From Callorhinchus milii (taxonomy: Eukaryota): a stretch of 64,000 nt of DNA. The position numbers were made by a program, and so were the translations under genes. This document shows, piece by piece, positions 1 through 12,065 of the stretch. Under the pieces are notes generated by a model. The model made no database searches, was not told the DNA's origin, and worked only from the letters and a program-made list of their open reading frames with translations. Within the stretch, counting starts at the first letter, position 1; the number at the start of each line of letters is the position of its first letter. The stretch lies in the NCBI RefSeq assembly GCF_018977255.1, contig NW_024704742.1, forward strand, positions 106,332,001 through 106,396,000, read 5' to 3'.

Positions 1-607
1 GCCCCCCCAACACACAGACATCCAGCCCCCCACATACATACACATACACACTTCCCGAGTTTGGTACAATATTGTGCGAGGAGCCGGTCGAAGATTTCAA
101 TGCTGTCTTTGCATGGCATTTTCGTGTTACTTCATGGAATACCGGCTTAACTCAATCACTGCCAAAGTCGTGGGGAGCGAAACAAAGCTTCACACACAGT
201 CTTTGGTTATCAACTGGAAATTGAGATGTTTCTAAAACAGATTTGACACTCCGATCCTGTCAATAAATGTCATATCTTTTACCGCACTGAGGATTAGGAA
301 CTATTGTGAAGTAAATGTGCCCACTACTTTATTGAGCAATTGTTTATGTGCAGTTACAATGTGTTACTGGGGTCAATCAAACACATGCTTATTGTGAATG
401 CTTGTAAATATTTTTTCTATATTAAAATTGAAATTTCCTATTCTAATTGAAAATTTGGCTTGCATTAGTGAGTTGGAAGGGTTGGACCAACTGATTTATA
501 AACATGATCTTAGCTGGACAAGCAGGCTTTGCCATTTGGTAAAACTTCAGAAGTACTCAACACACATTCTGAAGTTCCTAAGTTGCCAACTGTGTCTAAT
601 ACTGTAT

Positions 608-670
608 TAAATTAGGTAAGCAGGGTGCGTCTCTCAAGGGAGAGAATGCACATTCCATTCCATTCTATTC
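608..670 (+). mobile_element. Fragment of the old non-L2/CR1 LINE family also seen at 17.3-18.0 kb and 60.3 kb
   Basis: AATTAGGTAAGCAGGGTGCGTCTCTCAAGGGAGAGAATGCAC resembles 17915-17960 and 60372-60415; TAGCTGGACAAGCAG at ~511 also matches that family. Confidence 0.55.
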
Positions 671-774
671 CAGAAGGAAATTTCTATGTGTAGGTGACGT
701 ACATCTGTGGAACTCTTAGACTGTTTTGGATATTCTTAAACATGGTGATGGCATATTTAATGCTAAATATGCTC

Positions 775-846
775 AAGCACTCTGTGACGCTATCCGCCTG
801 AAGGGCACTATATAAATGCAAATTGTAATCGTTGTTGTAGTTGTTG
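775..846 (+). mobile_element. L2-B LINE 3' tail remnant
   Basis: GCACTCTGTGACGCTATCCGCCTGAAGGGCACTATATAAATGCAA plus a degenerate (TTG)n tail; matches the 3' end of the L2-B copies. Confidence 0.6.
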
Positions 847-1046
847 TGGTTAATGGGCTTCCACATACATATCAGACACCCGGCTGGCCAAAGAAAATGC
901 CTTGAGAGGCAAAGAATCATTCCTCAGAAAGTAATGCAGTGTGTCTCAGCATTTGTCAACAAGTGCACTTGATGAATAAAATTTGCCTTTCAACTTCTAC
1001 TGAGACAGTATGGGCTAGCAGCCATACATAAAGTCACGCAATATTG

Positions 1047-1062
1047 GCTGCCTCTTGGTGGG
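1047..1062 (-). promoter_or_regulatory. Candidate CTCF motif
   Basis: Reverse complement CCCACCAAGAGGCAGC fits the CTCF core CCASYAGRKGGC; motif match only. Confidence 0.25.
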
Positions 1063-2139
1063 TGACACAGTGCTTGAGATCTACCCATTGTCTGAACTGC
1101 TGCCCTTTCCACTAGAATTCTAATAACAGACTTTCAGATCCAGCTCTGCATTTGTTTAACTTTCATTGTCAAAGATTTTTTTTAAAAAAATTTGTGATAA
1201 CAAAAAAACTCTTTTTTAGTTTACTTCAAAATCTGCATTTTTGCAGGAGTAGAGGATGACTTGAACCAGAGGGGTGATGTTTCCAGTTTATTTTTGCTGG
1301 GTTTGCACCACAAATCACAACACTGGACTGGGAGTACTTACTCTCCAGCTGGAGGGCATTTCCTTCACATGACTTGGCCTCAGATACAAGCTCTCCAGCA
1401 ACTCTTCTGAGAGCTCCAATTTCCCTATTTAAATACAAAAATAGGTGCAACATTAGGGACATTTGGTCCCAATTCATACATTATTGGATTTTCCCTCCAA
1501 GTGTTGTGAAGGAGAAACGTATCAAGTGTTGTGAAGGATAAATGTATATTTTAATAATATGGGAATAGTCTGAGTTTAGTGCACGTGGGCATTACCTTGT
1601 GGCAAGTTTCTGTTAGATGCTTGTTTCAAATAAGAAGTGGGGTGCACACATGATTTAGGGAATTCATGTCATTTACACATGGGTCAGATTGCACACTGTT
1701 GATGGCAAAAGATTTTTTTATAAACTCGTACACATACACTAGAGTGAAAGTCATGATCATGACTTTCATTTCTGGCCATTGTTTGGGGACCTTCTGTGTA
1801 GAACAAATCAAAGATATTGGTGGCTTCTATGAGTGGGGTAAGATCTTGGAAAAATTACTGTATCATGAGTGACTGTAAGTTAGTCATTGGCGAAACAACA
1901 GGAAAGTCATTTTTTCATATTTAGTACACAATACGAGTTTTATTTGAAAGGAAATTCTCTCTGCCAATTATTCTCCTGCAATGTTCTTGCTTCTTCTCCC
2001 ATTGGCGTATGCCTCCTTTCTGCCTTTGTTTCCCTTCCATTGGGGTATGTTTCCTCGAACAATGGACACATTCCAGTTCCTCAATCAATAGATCATTTTT
2101 TTCATGTACGAACCTTAACAATGAAAAGATCACAAGAGA

Positions 2140-2570
2140 GGGTGAGATAAACAAGACCCTTTGGTCCATTTGTTCTCATCCTTTCAGAATCTCACGCTAC
2201 CATCCTCTGATCACAGAAATGAAGCTGTTTGTTAAATGGATCCAGATATCTAGCCTCAACCACCCTTCCTTTGTAGCCCATTCCAGGCATTAATTATACT
2301 TCCTGATGTTTGTCCTGAAATTCCCCTTTACAAAATAAACTTTTGTCGTTTTGTTCTATTGTTTTGGTGTATGCCTTATCACTTTGAAGCGCTTTGAGAT
2401 GTCTCAACAACATGATAAGGCGTGAAATGAAATGCAAGGATTATTATTATTATTATATGAAACTATTGTTTTCAGTTAGTTTCTCAATCCCATTTAAAAT
2501 CTTATATATATCTCCAAGGTCCCCTCTGAGATGTCTCTTTTCAAGGCTGAAGAGCCTAACTTGCCTAATT
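2140..2570 (-). mobile_element. Old CR1 LINE 3' fragment, interrupted by a SINE tail
   Basis: ORF 2453..2647 encodes RLFSLEKRHLRGDLGDIYKILNG, the typical CR1 ORF2 C-terminus; CR1-like 3' sequence continues to ~2140. Confidence 0.7.
2384..2456 (+). mobile_element. SINE 3' tail
   Basis: TGAAGCGCTTTGAGATGTCTC...AAATGCAAGGA(TTA)n, shared with other SINE copies. Confidence 0.75.
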
Positions 2571-2579
2571 GTTGCAGCC

Positions 2580-2866
2580 GATTCAACTGAGGGAGATTTG
2601 GACATCACAGCCAAGCCCAATTCTGTCCTCACCTGACATCCATACACGCAAATCTTCCTATAGGAATCTGTATAGAAATCAGATCAGTGATATATGGCTT
2701 ATTTTCCCTTCTGAACCCGAGTGTGCTGAGGCCATTTGTAGCAGGCTAACTACTGCACCAAAGAAGATTAGCTATCTCATTACAGACCAGGCATCGAACC
2801 TCCGTTGAAGAAGCAGCTGGTCTGTATGGCCTAATTCTGCACATGACTTTGTCCTCTAGGGTTATC
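2580..2866 (-). mobile_element. Ancient tRNA-like SINE (third family)
   Basis: Reverse complement has a B-box-like GGTTCGATGCC and aligns by eye with 6213-6420 (GGATGTCAGGTGAGGACAGAATT vs GGATGTTGGGTGACAACAGAATT). Confidence 0.55.
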
Positions 2867-4135
2867 AAAGGAGCTCATTGATTTTAAGTGAAAATGGATT
2901 GTTTGAATTTTTCTCTCAAGTTTTTGTCTTTTTTTTCAACTGAAATTCTGTGCAGGCCCAAACGAAAAGCATCCATCTATTTATCCCCCCCCCACCACCT
3001 CCCCCCACCCCCCCCATATGTGGCCCGACTCATCTCAGTATTTTGGCTTACACGTGTAGCTCCGCCATTTATTTTATGTTTATATATCAGTGTAGATGTT
3101 TTGTCTGAGTGGGTTGTCAGAAATGCAGCATTGGCAGATACTTGGCAAATAGCCTGTTTCGATTGTAATGCTACGTTACGGTCCACAGCTTCAGGAAAGC
3201 TCCCTGCACTTGTTTTGTTCTTCAGCTGCCTTATTTCTGCCTCCTAATATTGACTCGGTAGCTTTTCAATTCAGTTTATTTTATCCATTGCCTTTTCTAA
3301 AATCATCTGCTACAATATTAATGCAGAAAAGGTTGGTTGCTATGATTTTGCTCAGAGTCTAATGGAGCTAAGACACTTTCAAGTATGTTTTTCTTGTAAT
3401 GAGGTGCACTATTACAAGAGGAAGGGTTTTGGAAATGATCACAGAATATCCAGTTGAACAGAGTAGATTGGTCAATTACCAGTAGAACATGGAGCAGAAT
3501 CATTTTTTGCATTTTGTATTTAGTTGACTATTAATTTCAAAGGCAAGTTCTGAAATGATTGACTAAAGAACAATACACTTTGTGTACAAAGCAATACCTT
3601 CAATGAATGGCAAACTCATTTGTGTATTTAACACTAGAGACAGGTCATTAGCCAATTCTCACAACTGTGTAGAACTATGGATTGAGTAAGATTTTAGGAG
3701 GTTAGTTTGCGTTGACCATTCAATGTACTGAATGGGATCTAAAATGAATCGGTTTTTGTTCCAATTGTGACTTCTGCTTTGTGCTTCTGATTGGACGATT
3801 CACTAACAAACTTGCCTAGAAAACAACCTGCAAACAACATTCTATGTATAACATTGTAATTGTCTGTCTGAGGCCAGCATTTTGCATTCCTACTTTACTG
3901 AGCTTTTTCCAAGGGAAGAAACAGCCTGAAAGCAAAATGAGAAATCCCGAAAATTCTGACCATAAAATAGTCTTTGTCTTCATTCACGATTATGAGTTTT
4001 TCAACAAATTTATTGACAAATGTTTCAGCAAATTATACAATTTCAGGTACAAACCAGTGATTGCAATTACTGCCATGACTTCTGGTTTGCAAATGCTTCA
4101 TTTTCCCTTCTGATTTACCGATACAGGCTAAGCTC

Positions 4136-4294
4136 AATCCATGACTGTTTGTGGGACATTGCTGTGCGCAATTGACTGCCGAGTTTTGCCCACAACATAT
4201 ACAGACAATTAACTTTACAGTATATTCTATGAAGTGCTTTGATACATCTCGAAGATGTGATAAGGGGCTAAATCAAAAGCAAGGATTATTGTTA
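4136..4294 (+). mobile_element. SINE 3' half
   Basis: CATGACTGTTTGTGGGACATTGCTGTGCGCAATTG...GCAAGGATTATT. Confidence 0.85.
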
Positions 4295-4682
4295 TAAACT
4301 CTATTCTGCCCCATTCAGTTTTTTGTGATTTTGTTTCTGCATGCCTATGAGTCATGTAATACTGTTTTGAAATCCACATTTCAATAATATTAAACATGTA
4401 TAATGAAATTATTCTGTCCAAATTGCATTCAAATATTCATAAGCGCACAGGAACCAATTCACTAAACTTACCAGATGGACCAATATAGCTTTTAGTCCTC
4501 ATTAACAAATTTGCTACATGATGTGCACAGATTAGAATATTCTAATATGATCACTACTCCCTTTTTCTAAAGTATTGTTAGCTGCTTTGGTGGTTAAAAT
4601 TACAACTTTGCTGTACATTGGTGCTGAACATTTTTTATGAAATATTATGGCAGTGTGAAGGTTGTAGATTACATTATTAGAT

Positions 4683-4710
4683 GTCAGCCTAGCTCAGTCA
4701 GTAGCACTCT
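4683..4710 (+). mobile_element. Deu-type SINE 5' head; the element resumes at 5211
   Basis: GTCAGCCTAGCTCAGTCAGTAGCACTCT matches the heads of the copies at 28985 and 56793. Confidence 0.6.
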
Positions 4711-4727
4711 GTTAGAGCAAAAGCACA

Positions 4728-5051
4728 ATAATAATAATAATAATCCTTGCATTTGATATAGCGCTTTTCACGTCGGGAGGACGTCCCAAAGCACTTCACA
4801 GAACACACTGTAAAGTGAATTGACTGTATATTTGTGGGCAAACGCGGCAGCCAATTGCGCACAGCAATGTCCCACAAACAGTCGTAGATTGAAAATGACC
4901 AATTTTATTATTATTTTGGGTTTTGGAGGGATTATTATTAGGCTCTGTGTGGAGTAAGGAAACTTGCCCAAGGTTTCGCCTTGACCTGCCTGGAATTGAA
5001 CTCAGGTCTCTCACTTGCAAAGCGAGTGCTCTAACCACTGAGCTACAGGAC
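4728..5051 (-). mobile_element. Young full-length tRNA(Ala)-like SINE with a truncated CORE-like domain and L2-derived tail
   Basis: Reverse complement: A box TAGCTCAGTGG, TGC anticodon-like loop, B box GAGTTCAATTCC, CCTTGGGCAAGTT, (TTA)n tail; very similar to 30431-30751. Confidence 0.9.
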
Positions 5052-5832
5052 AAAGGATAAAAAGACAAAGGAATGGTGATGTATTCATTTGAATCATGTG
5101 GACAAGAAGAAATGGAAATAAGAGTACAACTTTATACCTAAAACTGATGAACACAGGAGAAAATTCTATAATTACATCAACAAAGCACACAATTTAGAGC
5201 TACGCATTCCTTTGGATGAGACATTAAACCAAGATCTCATGGGCTGTTCAGGTGGACATTAAAGATCCTATGACACAATTTGAAAAGAGAAGGAGAGTTC
5301 TCCTGGGTCTTGGTCAACAACACCTCAAATAAAATTGGCCATCACTTTGTGGCTGTTTGTGGGACATTGCTGTAGCAAATTACCTGTTGCATTTGCCTGC
5401 AGGTACACAATCATTACACTTCACAATAAAATCCTGTGAAACGCTTAAGATCTCTAGATGATGTGATAAGGAGCTATATCAAATGCAAGGATTATTATTA
5501 TTAAAATAATTTAAATTGCCCATGACTTAGATGACACTGCAAGTGTTACTTTAGTTTCAATGATTCAATGATAAATATAAGAACAATTAATCTTCTATTT
5601 TAGGTAGATACGCTGCAATAGTAGAAAGTGTTCTGCATCCATCTATGTCAATGCAGTACATGGGGAATGTATCGTTCTAAATTCTGTATGCTGTCTTTGA
5701 TGCAATTTCAGAAGTTTCTCCTGTGTTCATCAGTTTTAGGTATAATGTTGTATTCTTATTTCCATTTTATCTTGTCCACATAATTCAAAGAACACATCAC
5801 CATTTATTTGTCTTTTTTGTCCTTTGTGCTGT
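5051..5832. repeat. Inverted duplication of about 160 bp (5051-5210 vs 5664-5832)
   Basis: TATACCTAAAACTGATGAACACAGGAGAAA at ~5133 is the exact reverse complement of TTTCTCCTGTGTTCATCAGTTTTAGGTATA at ~5715; similarity runs along both arms. Confidence 0.9.
5211..5502 (+). mobile_element. Deu-type SINE, 3' two-thirds
   Basis: GGATGAGACATTAAACC...GTTCAGGTGGACATTAAAGATCC...GGAGTTCTCC (Deu-domain-like), then the shared SINE tail. Confidence 0.85.
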
Positions 5833-6212
5833 TGACTCTGGCATCAGTAGTGCCCTTAATGCTGCTCCACGCATCAATAAATAAATAAAACCTGAAAAAC
5901 ACCACATTACGGTAACTACTCAGAAAACAGAAAAAATGCACTACAGTGTCTGTGTGTAGGAATGAATTTGATTTGCTCAATTTAGAAAAAAGTCAATCGT
6001 ACAACAGATGTTGTCAAAGACAAGAAGGAAAACATTGTTTACTCAGTTGTGACCACACCTGTCTTACTGAACTGAGCAGATGAACCTTAACAATATGTTT
6101 CATCTCACTGAGTTTACCTGTCAGTAGTTGAGCCATCAGATGGAGAAGCGTAAAGGGCGCTATACAAATGCAAGTTGTTGTTGCTGAGTTTGATTCCTAA
6201 TGGCATCCTAGA

Positions 6213-6420
6213 TGAGGGTTTGATTCCAATTTGTTGGAATTAGTTAGTTGATAGCAACTTGTATGCCAAAAGATGCATAGAGTTGCCTTCAGAGCCCTGG
6301 GTTTAGGAGGGAAGAAAAACATGTTTTTTTCTCCTGATCACTGCCTGATGATGTTGCTGGAGGTGTACAAGGGGTGGATGTTGGGTGACAACAGAATTTG
6401 ACTTTGCTTTTGCATTCTCC
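6213..6420 (+). mobile_element. Ancient tRNA-like SINE (third family)
   Basis: B-box-like GGTTTGATTCC; aligns with the reverse complement of 2580-2866. Confidence 0.5.
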
Positions 6421-6814
6421 CCCCTTCTCAAATCACCTACCTTCAAGGCTTGGACATAAAGAATTGCCACTTCGCTGAAGTACCAGAGAGCATCTAGAAT
6501 CATTAAGCCTTACATCAGATGTCAAACATTTTCAGAAAAAGATGGAAAGAGGAAGAAAATTGGTGAGGCAAACATCCCAGATGTTCGTGTTAGTTTTGAA
6601 TTGCTTTCATGTGGTCATGCAGTTATTGATGTGCACTTCAGGGAAAAATTTAATTTGTGATGTTAAATGTGTCCATTGCTTTTTGATGGTATAGCTCGGA
6701 GGATAAAATGTGTATCAATTCCATAATGTTGAAATATTTTTGCTGCAAAGTTTTTTCTTGTGTCTAACCCATATCTTATAGATGTAGACAATAATACAAG
6801 ATCTGTTGTGTTAA

Positions 6815-7780
6815 CAATGCCTCACAATTTCTGTTATAAAAATGTGAAGATAAATATAAGATAATTTATGAAGACCTTTAGCATGTATGTCCTAGCAGTG
6901 CCAAGACCTGTTAAATTCTTATGATCAGCTAGAGGGACATAAATCGCATCTCATGTATCTTTGTGGACATATTTCGCTTTCATCTGGTACAAATCTGGAT
7001 GAAGTTAATCAGGTAAAGAGGCTGCAAAATATTCAGCGTATAATGGTGCACTGTATTACTTTGTAGTACAGTTACATTGCAGCTGGAAGCAGTTTGAGTA
7101 ATATTAGGCTATTGTTGTATGATGTGGGTTTAGCATGACTGTGGTTTAAATGATTTTTTTCAAATTTCGGAGAAAAATTGGTAAATTGGTAATTTACTCT
7201 CTATGAAATCAAATATTGTTATTTAGGTTGTGATTGTGAAAATTTCCATGAAATATTGTTGAAACTGTATTTCAGAAAGATTGTGTCACCACATATGGTG
7301 CAATGGTATTTAATTCACTTAATGTCTCATTTTGACATTTATAGATAATATTCCTAATTCAGGAACACTGTTCATTTTGGTACATTTGCTATTATCTTAT
7401 TTCCTTCAATTATTGAAATTGCTATTCTTCTGCAGTGAGTGATAATAATAATAATAATAACAATAATAAGAATAATAATCCTTGTATTTGATATAATGTT
7501 GTTCCTATCAGGAGGGCATCTCAAAGTGCTTTACAGGACTTTACTGTAAATTGTAGTGACTGTGTAATTTGTAGGAGGATGTCTACAATGATAGCTGTGC
7601 AAATGGTGTCTCACAATTTACATTATAAAAATGTGAAGATAAATATAGGATATTTTATGAAGATCAATAACATATTTGTACTTACAGCGCAAAACATGTT
7701 AAGTCCTTATGCATCAGCAAGAGAGACATACAGCAAGAGGGACATAAATCACATCTTATGTATCTTTATGGACATATTCC
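6815..7780 (+). repeat. Direct duplication of about 160 bp (6815-6976 vs 7606-7780)
   Basis: TTATAAAAATGTGAAGATAAATATA and AGAGGGACATAAATC.CATCT.ATGTATCTTT.TGGACATATT occur in both copies. Confidence 0.9.
7441..7615 (-). mobile_element. SINE 3' fragment
   Basis: (AAT)n then AATCCTTGTATTTGATAT...CAAAGTGCTTTACAGG. Confidence 0.8.
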
Positions 7781-7977
7781 AAAGCACAATGGGTTGGGGT
7801 GGGTCTATATACTTGAAACTATACTTTCCCCGAGTAGATATAAGATTTTTTCCCCAGTGTGGAGATGGGGCTCTTTCTCTGAACAAAAACAACATGCTTC
7901 CCATAAGTGGAAGTTACACTCTTCCTAAATAATGGAAACCAAATTAGAGGACATATCGACCTTGAATAGTGTTATCT

Positions 7978-8555
7978 ACAACAACAACAACAACAACAAC
8001 GACAACTTATATAACGCCCTCCACGCAGGGTAGCATCTCAGAGCACTTAACAGTGGTGGAGCCTGACTCCGAGCCAGGGGGAGGTGGGAGGTGGTCGAAA
8101 GCACGGTTCAATAGGAAAGTTTTCAGGCAGGACTTGAAAAAAGGGTGAGAGAAGGCAAGGTGGAGGGATTGAGGGAGAGTGTTCCAGAGTTTTGGGGTGT
8201 AGTGGCTGAAAGCGCGACCGCTGATGGTGGGAACGGAGGGTGCGAGGGAGAGCAGGAGGCCAGTGCCAGTCTAACGGAAGCGCCAGGTGGTGGATTGGGG
8301 AGTGAGGAGGTTGGAGAGGTAGGGAGGTGCCGGGGAGTGAATGGATTTGAACACGAGAGTGAAGATCTTGAAGTCGATCCATTCAGTGATGGGGAGCCAA
8401 TGGAGCCTGGCCAGAACTGGTGAGATGTGGGTACCGAGTTTGTTCCTGGTCAGTATGTGGGCAACAGAGTTTTGAACGAGCTGGATCTTGTGAATAGTGG
8501 AGCTGGGGAGACCAGCGAGAAGTGCGTTGGAGTAATCCAAGCGGCCGATGACAGA
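7978..8555 (-). mobile_element. L2-B LINE 3' fragment (ORF2 C-terminus and 3' UTR)
   Basis: ORF 8271..8570 RLDYSNALLAGLP...LVQNSVAHIL...SPVLARLHWLPI...FKI is L2-type; (TTG)n tail. Confidence 0.92.
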
Positions 8556-9024
8556 CACATCTAATTCCAATCCTAGTGCCCAGTTACAAAGTGGGATTTG
8601 AAGAAGTTTAGAAGCAGTTCACTTACCTAATCTGTGTTCAGAGATTAAGATAATATTGTGTCCATAATAAGCGTAGTGTCCATAAAGGGATACAAAAATA
8701 ACGAAAAATGGCTTTACAAAATACTATATATAAAATTGCCCCAATTTATGTTTGAATTTCATGCTGGGTTAGATTTCTTTTGGCAAGTTTGGCACTTGTG
8801 ACAATAATTTTCTCCTGCACTTTAAGATATTGAGTTCATGGCTGGAAAGTGGAGAAATTTGGTGACAGGTAAAATTTCTATTTAGGAAGGTAGTTTTTTT
8901 TATTGTTGAAGGCATTTCACAGGCTCTGTGTTCAAATAATGCTGCTGTTTCACTGACCATGGCCCAATAAATATTATGTTTAATTTAGTTTCTATGTGTC
9001 TTGGCTTGTGTTCTGAGTATGTTT

Positions 9025-9200
9025 TCTCTTCAACCGTGCCTTCACCTCCCCTCTCGACTCTCTACCCCCTCCTCGCTCCCTCCCTCCCCTCACCCTGACC
9101 ATTTTCTCCCTGCTCGAGTCCTGACCCAACTGTCCAGCGCCTTGGGATGTCTTCCCGACGTGAAAGGCGCTCTATAAATGCAATCTTGTTGTTGTTGTTG
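9025..9200 (+). mobile_element. L2-A 3' end
   Basis: TGTCCAGCGCCTTGGGATGTCTTCCCGACGTGAAAGGCGC followed by (TTG)n. Confidence 0.85.
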
Positions 9201-9240
9201 TATGTGGGTATTGCCCACCTCCCAATATGATGTAATGTGT

Positions 9241-9435
9241 ATAATAATCCTTAGATTTGATATCACCCCTTATTATGCCATTCAGTAATCAAAGTTTTTA
9301 CAAGATTACAAGATTTATTGTGAAGTGTATTTCACAGTAAATCTTATGAAAGATTTACTGCATTTTGTAGGCGAAAGTGGCAGCCAATTTGCACAATGCT
9401 TGGCCAGCATATTGGGAGAGACTTCTCTTTTTGAT
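9241..9435 (-). mobile_element. Degenerate SINE with an internal fold-back
   Basis: AATAATCCTTAGATTTGATAT tail and GGCAGCCAATTTGCAC body. Confidence 0.7.
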
Positions 9436-10534
9436 CATTTACAATCTGACCTATTTGAATGGCGAGTGAAATGCTTGTGATTTTTCAGCTTGCTTTTCTT
9501 TCCCTTGCTGGAAATTTCTTCCATAGATTCGCTTGAATATTTTTGAATGTCCAGACTCCTTGATCAATATCTTTGTTTTCAACATGAAAGATGCTCTGTT
9601 GTAAAGTAATTACAAATGTCTGCGAGATGTGTTCAATCTACCGCTCAACTTAGGCAAAGACTTTGAACTGCAAGGGCTATGTTCGCTATCCAACTCCTGT
9701 CTCCCCAATAAAGTTTCAACATCAATTGTAACTACAGTACTTCAGTATATCCTGTGTCATGCATGCAAGAGAACTCCAGAATATGTGTGATTTAAGATCA
9801 AACCAATGATTGCAGCTAATCATATAAAGAGGTTTGAACTTGCCAGCAGTTGTCTTGTTGGCCCAATAGGACATTTAATTCTAGATGTCCATGGATTATT
9901 ATTCAAAGCGGATGAAAACTTTGAAGTTGAATTTTCCGTGTGGAAATGTCTTGCAGGGTCTTAAAGCCCATTTGATTCTTGGTGAAAGCACTAGAGTTCT
10001 TTATGATGAGATGCGTGCAGAGACAATTTTTAAAAATACTTTGTTCACTTGATACTTGCAAAATCTTTCGGTATTTATTAGGGTCCAATGTGCAGTGTTG
10101 ATTTGAGCTCCAGATCTTGTAAATTAGAACCCACTTTTCCTTTTTTCCATAAAATTCATGGATCAAACCTTTAAAGGAGTTGTTACCTTATGCGTAATTT
10201 CTACATCTTGTTTTGGCCATGTAACACTTAAGCAGAGATGTGCCTTTTGATCAAATAACTGATTGTTTATATTGTCTTTTTCATGTTAAATTGGGAGTTA
10301 ACTTTTTCCATCAATTCAGTCAAGTAATGGAGGGCACATCTAACCAGCTTCAAAGTAGATCTAATCATATACAGTTACAGATGAAGGGCTATACTACTAT
10401 AAATACATTTCATGGAACCTTACAATATCATACAAAAAACATCTGCTAAACCTTATTGCTGCAAATTGTGTGAAGAAGATATATATTGGTATGCTGTGAA
10501 GCAACTGTATGCAATGTACCTCGACAACCAGAAG

Positions 10535-10666
10535 CCATAGCAATTTACAGCGCAGAGAAAACCATTTGGCCCATTGTGTCTGTGGTGGCGCTTTTAAAAA
10601 GCAATCCATTCAGTCCCATTTACCAGCCCTTTCCCCACACCCCTGTAGTTTACTCATTGTCAAGTA
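10535..10666 (-). mobile_element. CR1 3' UTR fragment
   Basis: CATAGCAATTTACAGCGCAG...CCATTTGGCCCATTG, similar to 63436-63560. Confidence 0.75.
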
Positions 10667-10881
10667 GTGTATTTTAGCTACTGGGTAACGTCCTGGCATT
10701 AACCAAAAACAATCAGAAACATTATCAGAATTCACTTAATTTGAAGATGCTAAATTGAAGCTCTAAGTGATAATTACAGTTTCTTTTTTTTATTTTTATC
10801 ATGATGTTCCCCTAAAAAATGCTTTTTATATTGTTTGCCATTTATAGTACACTAACACTGATTTGTTGAATGGTTTTATTA

Positions 10882-11196
10882 TACAATACAAAATACAAAG
10901 TACATTTGGACAGCGCCTTTTACATCATGAGGATGCCCTGAGGAGTAGACGCTGAACTGTCAGGGAATTGGACCCAAGGCAGAGGAGTTGGGATCAGGCA
11001 GGGTGGAGGGCCGGGAGGATAGGAGGTTGGCCAAAAGCACGGTCGAAGAGGAGGAAAGGTCGAAGGTCTTGAAGGAGGCAAGGGAGGGAGTGAGACAAAG
11101 GGAATGTGGGATGGAGTTCCAAAGGGTGGGTGCAGAGAGGCTGAAGGCCTGACCGCCGATGGTGGGGCGGGCCGGGAGAGGGACGTGGAGCAGGAC
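10882..11196 (-). mobile_element. L2-A 3' fragment
   Basis: Similar to the 3' ends of 50483-51748 and 13613-14710. Confidence 0.85.
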
Positions 11197-11595
11197 ACAA
11201 CAACAACAACAAAATTACATTTGTATAGCGCCTTTCACATTAGGTGGACATCCCAAGGTGCTGGACAATCAGTGTTTCAGACCTGAGCTGGGGGTTAGGA
11301 TCAGGGAGGGTGGAGAGCAGGGGCAGAAGGAGGGTGATCAAAGGCATGGTTGAAGAGGAGGGTCTTGAGACTGGCCTTGAAAGAGGCAAGGGAGGGGGCG
11401 AGGCAGAGGGACTGTGGGACGGAGTTCCAGAGGGTAGGGACAGAGCGGCACAAGACCTGCCAACCAATAGGAGAGGTGGGGGATGTGAAGCATGCTGGAG
11501 ACTGCTGAACGGAGTGAGTGGGCAGATTGGTAGGGGGTTAGAAGATCGCAGAGTTAGGGGGGAGCAAGACCATGGAGGGCTTTGAAAGTGAGGCT
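11197..11595 (-). mobile_element. L2-A 3' fragment, in tandem with the previous copy
   Basis: (CAA)n AAATTACATTTGTATAGCGCCTTTCAC tail followed by L2-A body. Confidence 0.88.
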
Positions 11596-12065
11596 GCTAA
11601 CCGGAGGGAGCGGACAGATTGATATCATAGAAATGCTTGCATAATGTTCAAATAACCTGCAAAACCCAGAGAACAAACTTTCTATGTGAAAGGTGTTCCA
11701 TAAGTGCCAATTGTTGTTATTAATTACACTTACATGAGAGTTGGATGCTTTGGTTCTCTGCTGTCAGAAGCACCAGTGGATGTTTTCTCAGAATTATGTA
11801 TCCACATAACAGCCTGTCTGCCTTGGAGAACTCCCTTGGAAATTTCATTTGAAAGATTAAACTTTAGAATCTCAAGAGACCTGTAGAAATCTATTACTCA
11901 ACACAAATCTAATAGTAAAAGTAAAATAAAATTGTATAAGATGCGTGGAAGAGTTCAGAGCCCTGTAGCTTTACAGCAAATATTATAAGCGATGATAGGC
12001 GTCAAATGACCAATTTATTGTTGAGAAATGTCCAGCATCAGCATAACTAGTCTGTCAACATCTAT

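Noticed and set aside
200..211. TCTTTGGTTATC equals the first 12 nt of miR-9-5p; its complement occurs at 34889-34900
   Set aside because: The rest of the mature miR-9 and the star arm are absent. The two hits are on opposite strands and no 3' UTR is evident.
4985..5051. tRNA-Ala-like sequence (also ~30690-30751 and ~61241-61305)
   Set aside because: It continues directly into SINE body and lacks a proper acceptor stem, so it is a SINE head rather than a tRNA gene.
5144..5164. CTGATGA...GAAA hammerhead-like words (also ~23676)
   Set aside because: No stem II or flanking helices can form.
9670..9730. Minus-strand FIGETG resembling a GIY-YIG endonuclease motif
   Set aside because: Flanked by stops with no further supporting motifs; too weak to call.
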